Assembly: GCA_964035545.1 (NCBI GenBank)
Contig: OZ037771.1
Location: forward strand, 8,301,408-8,365,407
Direction: 5' to 3'
From: Bugula neritina
Lineage: Eukaryota > Animalia > Bryozoa
DNA length: 64,000 nucleotides
Shown: positions 1 through 11,600 of the stretch, one piece after another
Position numbering within the stretch: position 1 is the first letter of the stretch
Layout of the letters: each line of letters starts with the position of its first letter
The notes under the pieces: model-generated
What the model saw: only the letters and a program-made list of their open reading frames with translations
The model's database searches: none
Told to the model about the DNA's origin: nothing
Made by a program: the position numbers and the translations under genes

Positions 1-3000
1 TTAAAACTAAGGTTGTACAAAAACTAGTAGTTTTATTAGAATTGTTAAAACTGTAGATGCTAAGAACTTTAAACACTTGTCAGCATCCCAGTGGAGGAAA
101 TATTGTAAATAAGAGGTTTAAACTAAGTCATTTATCCTTTACTGATAGGGCAGCTCACACTTAAAATGGCCTCATATTGGATGATGGCTCATCACTTAAA
201 CTGAAGGCCCTGCTATATTTTATCATTTGCAAGTGGGGATGATATGAGCTGCACTTAGGCATAGTTCCCACCATCGTATATGCCAGGGGTGGGCAACTTC
301 TTTTCCAAATTCGGAAGTCGGGCAAAACGAAGGACCACATGATTTTACATATATCAAATTTTATTATGATAAAGTGATTTGTCATTAATTACCCATATAA
401 TGTGCTAATCAGAATGCATATAACAATTTTCACTTATCTTAAGCATTAAAAAGGCCAGGCAAAGGGCCACAGCCTGGGGCAATAACTGTATCAACAGCAA
501 AATAGTGAAATATTGTGACTGCGGATGCAATGGATATAAACTATTTTAAGAACGAACATGATCGAGTCAGTATATTATTATGGTAGTTATAACTTATAGT
601 AGTACTGAGGGTAACTGTTGAACTGAACATGACCTTGACCTAGGAAACATAACATTTAACACCTCCTCTCTTGAGATAGTACTGCAACTAGGGAGAGTAT
701 AAAACATTAGTTTGGTAACACAGCGCATGGTATGATAACATACCAAAAATGTTAGCAGTATGTTTCAGAATAGCAGTAAAATAACGACATAAAGTTACCA
801 CAAAATATAACAGACAGTGATGTGTTTTGTGAATCTAAAATTTGTTGAAGTTTACTAGTTCTAACAAAACTGAACTGGTTAATGTGATGCAAACATTATT
901 ATAGATAACAGATTAGTTTTCAATGGTACTAGAGTGGCAATAAATTGTGTTTGAATATAGAGCACCATTAGAGCTTTTACCCTAAATGTTTAGTAGTAAA
1001 TTAAATAGTTAATATATCATACAATACTGTGTGTTATGTTTAAAAGTTTGCTTGTATTCTTTTTATTTTTTAAGCAATGTGCCATTGTATTCACCTTATA
1101 AAGTCCTACGCTAGCTACTATACCTCACTGCTCTTTATAATATTATTGTGATATATAGACAAAGTTTCATCACATTGCGTATAACTTACAGGGTGGCCAA
1201 CAAAGCTTAACCTAAAATTGAAACGACTTAAGGCTACACATAATATGTAGTGTCACATAAACAATGTAATGTCAATATTGGATATCTGAGATCAATAACA
1301 TGATGAGCTGCTGTATCTACACAGAGTAAACATCTTCCAAAATAAGCTCAATATTTTCATCACTATAGGAGTACAAATGTCAGGTAGGTAACTGTGGCTA
1401 CATGAAGATAGTGTGTATAGCATCAGAAAATTATAGTACAGATTAACAATATTTGTATGTTACAATATATTATTGTAATATATTTTACATATATTATTAA
1501 TATATGTTGGACATTACTAATATATTCTGTTATATATCAATACTCTATATAATTATCATAATGATATAAGTTATATATTAGTATTATAAGTTTTGATAGA
1601 TGCACATTAGTAATTCATGGTAGACTTAAAAGCATAAAATGCACTGGTTTTATCGACAAAGCAAAGAAGCGAATGTATTTATATAATAAACATATTTTCT
1701 TCCAATGATACAAAATATGCTGGATAACAGTAAACTACTAATGATAATCTTGATAACAATGGTTGCTTTGTAATGCTTGCCTCACATTGTGTTTTATTAT
1801 TCCACTAACTAAGCACTATAGGATGTTTTAATTTAATTAGAATAACTTGTAATTAGCTATTTTTAATAATGAATTAAAATATAGCCTAGCTTTAGCCCAA
1901 CTACATTATTTGTATTTGGCTGCATGTGAACCGAGTTATAAGAATTTTTTGATAAAACTGTTGGTTTTTTACAATTTTGAAAACAAATGTTGCAAAATAA
2001 AATTGAAATAAAAGATAAAAAATTGCGAAAAGTTCGAGAATCAGGTTTCAGTTACAGAGTATAGCTATAAATTCACTGGTCACGACTTTTTAGTTTATAT
2101 AGTTTAAACTTGGCTAATTGCTGCATCTGAACTTTGCACTTTTTTTCTTCATAATAATATTGGTATACTGGTATAATTTACAGGCAAGTACACCAAGTTA
2201 CAACTTTTTATTATTGTTATGTACTTGGAAATATTCAATTATGGCAAATATTATTGTTAAATTCTATAATATCTAAAAGGATCATTGTTAAGCGTTATTG
2301 TAAACAATCGCAAGACTGCACTCTGTGTTTGTTTGCCTTCTTCGCTGTTTCACTGTGAAGGCAGGTTACTCAAGAGACATTCAAAAGGATTATATCAAAC
2401 TACAACCTAAGGCTATAGGGTAAAACATCATTTGGTTTTACTTAGATTAAGAAAGATCAACTAAACCTAACTCTTTATAATATATGTGGTATATAATTAT
2501 ACTTGCTTATGCTATAATCATAATGATAAATGCATCAACATGCTAGATCATATTGTACTATAATTATATAATATAATATAATAATATTCTATCCTTTATA
2601 TTAATATAAAATGCAGCATATAAATATTATAGGTACATATTTCATCTCTCATGTGTTTTATAGTATAATTACATATTTTGTAATATAATATTATATCCCA
2701 TGATACAATATATTATATAATAATACTGTTCTATGTCTATAGTATGTTATATATCATCTTATTATTATAGTCTACGATTCTTATACAATATATTATTTTA
2801 TGTTGTCCTATATCATATTATAATGTTTTATATCAAACTGTATTATGTTTTATTATATTGAATTTTATCAAATTACTACGTATTACACTTCATTATACAA
2901 TATTATATTTTATGATTTTATATTGTATTATATTGAAATATGATACATAATAATATATAATATTGTATGACACTTTAATGTATTATATTGTAGTATAGCA

Positions 3001-3288
3001 TAGCATAGCTTAGCATAGCATACTACATTATATATATTTGAGTGATTTTTGAAAGTTGTCATCTCTTACATTAACAATTGACTGGTATTATACAGCATAT
3101 ATTATAATCAGGTACATAATAATTCTAATAATTATTATAATAATATATTATATTATATATACACTTTCACTCATCAGATCTCATCACATGAGATTTGATG
3201 GGTCAAATTGTAAGAGATACACACCTGGACAGTTCACACTACTAAGCAACCAATCACGATCTTGGAAACAGTGTATAGTTATTAAACG

Positions 3289-3507
3289 TATAAAACTCGC
3301 GCAAGTTTATAGTCGTTATCTCTGTGAGAAACCTCTGATGAAAAGTGTTTTTGTTAGAACGGGCCAAGGACTTATTTAAATGAGGCACAGGAGCAATTAT
3401 GACTGGATGCTCTTCCTAACATCACCAATGGCCTTTGTCGGGGTTTGAACCCATGACTTCGTGTTCACAAAGCAAACGCTCTAACCCCTAGACCATGGCT
3501 GCTCTCC
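3289..3507 (-). mobile_element. tRNA-derived SINE, near full length
   Basis: A-box TGGTCTAGGGG and B-box GGTTCAAACC on the minus strand; body shared with the 29096 and 51865 copies; TSD TAGTTATTAAAC at 3276-3287 and 3508-3519. Confidence 0.85.
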
Positions 3508-3747
3508 TAGTTATTAAACATATATATTTTGTAAATGATTATTTGTATTTTAAATATGCCTGGTACGCATATAACCACAATATTATAGGCATATATATTG
3601 ATTTATTTATTATTGCCCAAAATACTGTACATTATGCAGTGCAATATAATATGTTATAATAGCTTAATTTTACAACCTCTCCTTACTTTATTTGATATTT
3701 ATTGAAAAAGCTTAACCGTCAATCTCTTTACTTATAATACAGGTAGC

Positions 3748-6207
3748 ATGAAGTCAATGAAAGATCAGCCAATTAACAGTAAGTATGAATTAAGTGTACA
3801 TGAGTCATTCACCACAGTACTTTAGCTTCTGAGTCATCAAATATTGGTATGGAATATAAATGATCAAATGACAGCCTATGCAAGTAATAAATAGCATAAG
3901 TTGAAGGTGCTGGCTTGTTTATAATATGTTGAGTTTTGCTCTTGTAAGTTTCCAGTTATTGATGAATAACTAATAAATATTGTTACAATGACTTTTAATT
4001 ACTGTTTAGTAGCAAGTGTATTACATACTAAATTACATACTATATTACATACATACTATACTACATCCTACATATGTTATGACATCATAATTATTTTGAC
4101 CCTTGACCTCGTTTACTTGGTGCCATTAGCCTTAGTACCTGAATTATGTTTTGTAAAATAACTTTTATCTCTCAATATTTAGATACTTTAATGATTACTT
4201 GTAAACTTTTCCATTCCCATAATTATCTTGATAGGCAGCTTCTGTGTTAATAACGACAATTTTAAAACTTTTACAAATATGCACTTTAATTGTCTACTGT
4301 ATCATCCTTTGCATGAAAAAGCGACTATATTTTCACATTTTTGCCACTATTCCATGCTAGAGTTGCATTTATACAACGCCAATGACTTCTCTTCGTGTAG
4401 GAATAGTACCAGATATACTGTATGATGAGAGATCTCTCTACAGGCAGGAGTACGTCAACATTCCTCCTCCATATTCTGAACAGTTACCATGGAAACCAAA
4501 CAGCTGCAAGACAGCAGCTGCTGCTGCAGGAGGAATTAGTAAGACAACATATCAGTGTTACATCTAGTAGAAAGTTTAATAAATATTATGTTTTTTAACT
4601 ATTCACCATCCTTTCTTAAATTATAGATCTTCAAACTCCATTTATTTTTTAATCAAACTTTGTCTCCTTAGAAAAAAATAGAAGTATGTGATTACGGAAA
4701 GGAAGAATGGTCACACAAATAAATTTTACAAAATTATTTCTAGCTACTTGACAGTGCATATCATTAAATATACTAATTATAATGAATAAGAAAATAACTT
4801 TAATCTGTTTGCTACAGTACCAGGTCAAAATGGACCAAGGTATGACAACCCTTATGGATTACTGAGAGTTTCTAATGAAGCTCAACAATATGAGAGTGCT
4901 GGAGAAAAGCGGACAAAACAATTAATAGCAGATAAAAAGCTGGCGGACCAAGAATTTGGGAAAGGTTAGTCAACCGAATGTATAGGTAGTTGTATAAATT
5001 AATTTGTTTTCTGCATTCTGTACTCCACAAACTCATGAATATGTATAATAAGGGTACTTTCAGATTCCCTACGCGCACTAAATGCATGATGAGGTATTTT
5101 GATTGTTTAAAGGATTGCTCTATCTTGTCTAATAAATGGTCATTTAGGTCAAACACACATAATATTGTGTTTTTCTAAGCATGCATTGACAAAAAGCATT
5201 TGACCAAAGGTAAAAAAAGTTAGTTGAAGTTAAGGGTGTAAATTGGTAACAGCCAAAACGCCGATTTTGAAATGAGCTGGGAAATGTGACGTAACAGCGC
5301 CAGCATTCCTGCTGGTCACGTGACTATACAAATGAATAACTATAGAAATATGACTGTGAGATGTGATCTTTCAGCTCGTAATTAAGTGCAAATGTGAATT
5401 ATCTCAATCTATAGTTTTTTGGCATGTTAAATAACATGTATGTGATAACATTAGGCCATATTTTGCTTGTAAGCATAGAAAAAAGCATTGCAAAAACATG
5501 CATTCTTTAGGATGAATGCCTGCGATCGATCTAAACTAGGCCAGATTGTGCAATATTACGGGCACACCAAAGCTGAGCTATATAGCGCACTGTAACTGCT
5601 TGAGCGTTATTGGTTGATGTTGCGCTCAGCAACCTTGAATACTAGCGTTATAGTTAGCACGTGCAGCATAGTTACTGGCGTTCACACGTCACGTATTAGG
5701 CTATTCTTTTTCATGGCTGAAAATTTTACCTCCCTCAAAATTGGAATTTTGAAAAGCTGTTTTCTAGGCATATATCCCTTTGCAAAGTCACAATTGTTTG
5801 CATACACATTAGATTATAGTTCATAATTATAATGTGATTGTAATAAACTAAGATAGAGCAATCCTTTAAGTCATTTTCATTTTGCTGAGTTTATGATTGG
5901 AAATCACTTATACTTATTGACGTTTTTAATTATGCTAGACAAAATATAATATGCTTTAAGAAAGCGTTCAAAACTTTGTCATAAAATGCTGACTCATAAT
6001 GTTATAGCAATTCCAGTTCCACGCCTAATAATGGATGAAGAGCCAATTGACAAGTTCACAGAGTACCGCTCTAGATACTGCAAGGTACTTCCTGGCAATA
6101 TGGAGCCTGTACCAGATGTGAAGCCAATCAGTAAAGGGCTCTATAAGTATTACCGAAATGCAGATAATTTTACATATAATCAGCAACATTCAAATAAAGC
6201 TTACTGA
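3748..6207 (+). CDS. Uncharacterised protein of about 171 aa with Mn-like motifs (possible ciliary/sperm microtubule inner protein)
   Basis: Exons 3748-3778, 4401-4538, 4818-4964 and 6008-6207 join through phase-1 GT-AG introns into an open frame: MKSMKDQPINRIVPDILYDERSLYRQEYVNIPPPY...IPGQNGPRYDNPYG...DKFTEYRSRYCKVLPG...KAY*. An acceptor at 3741-3742 implies an upstream exon (candidate ATG TCA G|GT at 1377-1383), so the N-terminus may be longer. Confidence 0.75.
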
Positions 6208-8298
6208 TTGGCTAGAAAAGTATGATGTCACTGCCACAGCATGTCTTAGTGATTATATTACCAGCACTTATAAAATCATCATAAAGTAAAATGATGTCAT
6301 CACATCTTATGACAACATAAGGCCATGAAATAATATCATGAAATAAGACATAAAAAGTTATGTAGCTATTGCTTACTTTTCAGTTTCATATTCATGTGCT
6401 TAACGAAATATAACAATTTTCATGAAATTTATTTATTTATATTTGGCAAAATAAACAGTTTTTTAGAATTTATTTTAACATCAAAATATAAACAGGAAAA
6501 CAAAGTATCTAGTCATGTAATTCAAAGGGTAATAATTCTGTGCATATCTAAAACTACATGCCATGGCAAAAATGTATAACCAGTAGACTTTTCCATCATA
6601 ACATACAGTTTCTGTAGCAGTAAGAGTTATTGTAGCTGGGGAGGTGCGTGAAAACCTAGAGATATGCTAGCCTGTAGTATATTAGCATAGCTCAGCTGGT
6701 GCTAAAGGGCTGTAGAGGTTGTGCATTTTTTCTGCGCTATTTCAATTAGTTATATTACAGCTCTTAGTACAGGGTAGCTCTTGGCTATCAATTTACATGA
6801 TTCAAACAATTTCATAATTTAGAGTTTAAAATTTATGTTGTTTAGACTATGTAGTCATCGCATATTAACCTTAAACTATGTATACTATATATATATATAT
6901 ATAAGTTATAGTATATTAACCTACAACTATGGGTATCATAAGATATGAGAAAACAGGCATTGTCGGTGTTGTAACTTACTGAATGAACATAACTATTTGA
7001 TAACTTTACTTTATACTATTGATGGGCTTAGTTTTTTTAATTATTATTAGTGCAAAAAATAAAATATAAAACACAGAAAGCAAGATGAAAATATGGATAT
7101 CAACTGTGACATCACAATTAGAATAATCAGTTATGTCACCTGCAACTATACATAGCCCACACCTGAGTGAGCCCATCTATGCTCAATGGAGAAATATTAC
7201 ATTATATACAACTCTACTCTAACCTGTAAAAATTGAGTAGTCAGGCTGAATTTACTTACAAAGAGACATGGCTATAAACGTTACATTACATTACATAAGC
7301 ATTATCTCTAATATATATAATCATTTAACTTGAGCTCCATATCATATGATGTGGCCACTAAACTCTCAATACATGAAGTATTTTAAATCCTTCGGTGATT
7401 CATGTTATATATTGCTCATATAGATGCATTAAAAACAATGATATTTACACTATTATTAAACTACTACATCTACTGTTCAATTAGAAAAAAAAATTCGGGT
7501 CACTTCACCTTAGCATCTGAGAGTTGTATTCCCTTGATTGACTGTATGACATTTCTGAGAGCTAATTGAACTTCTACTTGCATATTATTCTCATATGCAT
7601 ATTATGCTGATCTTTCTACTTTCAAATGAAAACAAATTGATATGTTTTATCATCCTATAAAATAACAGTGACGCTCCTTATTATTACCTAACCTTTATGT
7701 AGTCTCTAATATCAAAGTTTTAACTTGAATTAAAAGATGCATCACAATAATTTTATATATAATTGTATAATTTGTTGTCTATATTGAATCCAATGGCAGA
7801 TAATTACATAAAGAAGCAGCAAAATTTATCAATTGTAATCAACAAGGCAATTGCTTGCTTTGTATGAGTTCTGCTATATTAAGAAGCTATTCAATAGAGG
7901 ATATCCTACTGCTAACTAACAAAAACTCAACTTTCCATGAATTCAGCTATATTATTATTTGTAAGATCATATAAATTAGCATATAACCTCAAGTTGAAAA
8001 TGTTTTATACACACGCGATATATAATGTATAATAATTATTCTACTTCTGCAGCTAACAGAAAACAATTAGTAAGTTTGAGTGAAACTAAGCAGACTGATT
8101 GGTGCCATATTAGAAGATTCAGCAGATTAAGGGTGAAAAATGATAAATATTGTACAAATATTTACACAATGCTCATCATAAAAGGATTAATTACAAGTAA
8201 ATAAATATGCTGTAAATATACATTATTCAAAGTCAAAAAATATAATATAAAACTTTTGATTATAGAAAACTACTAAAATAGTTTAGGTGTTGATTGTA

Positions 8299-8651
8299 TT
8301 ATATTTCACTGTTAGTAACTGTAGCATTGAGTTTAACAACAGCATCACCATCTATTGAGTCACTAATAGACACGTCCCTTCTCTCATCCGCATGCATTGG
8401 TAAGCTCTCGGGCCCATCGCGTCTTTCACTTTCTTTAAGCCTATTTTGCTTTTTCTTCTTCAATTTTATGATTTTGACAGTAACTAATGAAATACCGAGC
8501 GTGACTAACACCAGTAGAAGTGTAATAACTCCAACAGCTACGGCCCATATGTAGGTGGGGGACTCAGGCGATGATTTAGCACTAGCAGAAGACACATTTG
8601 GTTCAGTCAAGTAGAGAAAGGCCATGTTTGTGCCCTTAGCATGCCCAACCT
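8299..8651 (-). CDS. FREM2: FREM2-like last exon: GTNM motif, transmembrane helix, basic stop-transfer, cytoplasmic tail ending NSEI
   Basis: [26 protein letters not shown] followed by [10 protein letters not shown]; C-terminal S-E-I fits a class I PDZ ligand. Confidence 0.88.
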
Positions 8652-11600
8652 CTACAAAAATATCGTAGACTGGTAAAGCTGGAAACTAAAAACAACTAAA
8701 ATTAAACACATCTAATAAAAAGATTTGCTACAGGAATGCTGTTTGACTAGAGCAAACTTAGTACCTGTTAAAATGTTTCATTGTATGTTGTGATTATTTC
8801 AAACACAACTAGTCTTTAGATCTTTATTTAAATCAACTGACCAGAAACTTATTCAACAAAAAACTTACATTAACTTTTAATGTATATATTTCACTTATCA
8901 AATGTTTGCTTGAGTAACTATTTTTCTATTAAGTTTCAAATATTCATTTTTATGTAAAACTTGTTTACATAAGTGTGTCTACACTTTAAATAAATCACAT
9001 TTTCACTGAGCTAAACTTAGAGTTGTTTAGAATCTGAGCAAGGTTTTATGAGTTTTCCATATTGAAAACCAAAGTTTTTGAAATGGTATTACATTCTATA
9101 GAAGTTATTTATTAACAAATTATTAAGATAGAGAATTTACCAGAAAGTTCAGTCAGCTGTGCTCTGCGAAATCGTCTTATCATCTTGAGAGGATTAGTGA
9201 GTGTGTCTACTGAGTATATAACGTGTACAAACCACTTCCTTTCCAGCTCCTGTCAAAATGAACATTACAATAAGTTGTCCCTTAAGTTCTGTGCTTACAT
9301 GTTTACCCTATGTACCTGTAGTAACTATGTACTGTGTGTGTAACTATATACTGTGTCTGTAGCTACGAACTGAATGTAAAAATGGTAATAATGGCACAAA
9401 TGGAAAAGTAGGTAAAAGGCCACTGATGTTACATTTTCTCATACCCCAAACCCAAACTCCCCACTCCAAACCTAAATCTCCCATTCCAAACCCCAATATT
9501 AAAAATGTGTCATTTTTACCTATTTTGCCATTTGTGCCAATATTACCTGAGCCATTTTTACTGGTGCCATTTTTACTGGACACCACGTAATGACTACACA
9601 GGGACATCCTGGTAACCACATAATAATAATATCACACTTGATGAATAAAAGTAGATCACATGACTGTACAGGCTGCTATATTTCAACTTGCATATTGATA
9701 CAAGATTGTGACAAATTGACTGCATGTGGGCTGAGCTGCACCTGCCAAGTACATGTGACACATGTCACAACTAGCAAGAACCAAACACTTACAGCATTTA
9801 AAGGTTTACTGTCAAACATGAAGCCATCAGTGCCTGGCATGTTGTGTATCTGCTTGCCTTTCCTATCATCTGCAGCAAACTTAGCATTGAATGGTATACC
9901 ATTTAGAAGTTTCGTGACAGAATCAGGGTTGGTTTTGTCCTACAAATGCAAACATGTCTGTTAGCAGTGATAGTGCAACATCAATATTATACTGATATAT
10001 AAATATAAACCACAGATTCAACAATTCTATAGCTGCAGTTAAAGTTGTCTTACTTGCAGCTGATCGGAGTATTAATACGAATCACCTAAAAGTCTAAACC
10101 ATTGTTAATATTTATAGTGATGATGACTCCAAGTGATAGTAGATTGTGACTGAAAAGTGAGTAAAATAAACAAACAAAATACAAATTGATCTCTGGTGCT
10201 TTTTATCAGAACTATTGCTAAAATGCTTTTTAAAAACCATACATTTTGCACAACTATGAATGTCGGCTGAAAACAAAAATACCAAAAAGTAAGATAACTC
10301 TTGTATTTGATAAACACAATCTCCCTGGAGGAAAGTTCAGTGCCACAGCCATCTAATTTACTAGAAGTGATCTAATAGCATTATAATATATTTCTTAATG
10401 CGTATTTCTACAAGGTTTTATGATTTTTAAACTAACCAGAATAGTTTATATATTTGATAGTTTGAACACATTACAATAGTTGCCAAAAACATTTTACTCA
10501 ATGAGCTACTAGCAGGACTCACCAATATTATATATTGAGGTATTAGCAGGACTCACCAATATTTTATATTGAGCCTGAAGGTCCCCTGTCATAGCAGCAC
10601 ACCCGTATTCCTGACTGTCTGGTGCATATTTTGGGACAAAACCATTTTTCCCAGCACAAACATACACCTGGAACCAAAGTCACACCTCACATTTATAAGC
10701 ATAAGCACTCTATGGTGGATGTTTAACATTTTAATAAACCAGCCATGATATGCACCATGTATACACTTTACATGCACTAACTAATAAATGCTGTCAAACA
10801 ACCTGGTCATATATAATTTAATATATCTTTATATTGTACATAGCTGTTGTAAAATGATAGATTGATTAGTACTAAACTTAAATTTAGGTTGCAGAAATTT
10901 GGATGAATATAGTAATTATAATTTTATAATAATGTATGTACACTCTTTAATAAAAACCGGATAGCAACAAATGTAAGAGTTACCTTATCTACAAAAACTT
11001 CATGTGGCAGGGCAGTGTCATTCAGCTCTCTGGTATCCACTCTGCCGTAAATTCTCTCTCCACTCTGAAACGCCACATCTGATAAATCCTATAATATGAG
11101 TGTAAATATGCTTATTATTGGTTAACTTACACTAATAATACATATACTGGTACATCTACACAAATTACATTGTCTACATTCACACTGTATTCTTACACTG
11201 CATATACTGTGCTTACACTGTATGTACATGTATCGTATGTACACACCCTGTATGCATATGGACTGCATACACCAACACTGTGTGTACATGCACTGTATAC
11301 ACTTGCACTGTACGTACATGCACTACACACACTTACACTATATATACATGCACTGTATACACATACACTGTATATACATGCACTGTATACACTTACACTG
11401 TACGTACATGCACTACACACACTTACACTGTATATACATGCACTGTATACACTTACACTGTACGTACATGGACTACATACACTTACACTACACTGTTGTC
11501 TCTTCACATAATACTAACATAACCTGCCTCTACTGTCCTAATATAAATTATACATGAGAACTGTGTAAAGTTATGGAAGGTAACCCAGCGGTTCATCGCG

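Noticed and set aside
283-480. CAGGGGTGGGCAAC hAT-like terminus
   Set aside because: No convincing matching right TIR or TSD.
5045-5870. CpG-rich stretch in intron 3 of the small gene (possible promoter or TTAA-type transposon)
   Set aside because: Probably a decayed non-autonomous DNA transposon, but I could not define matching termini or a TSD.
11122-11557. Five overlapping Cys/Tyr/His/Thr-rich ORFs on both strands
   Set aside because: Translations of a 30-bp minisatellite inside a FREM2 intron; open in several frames, with no supporting splice context.
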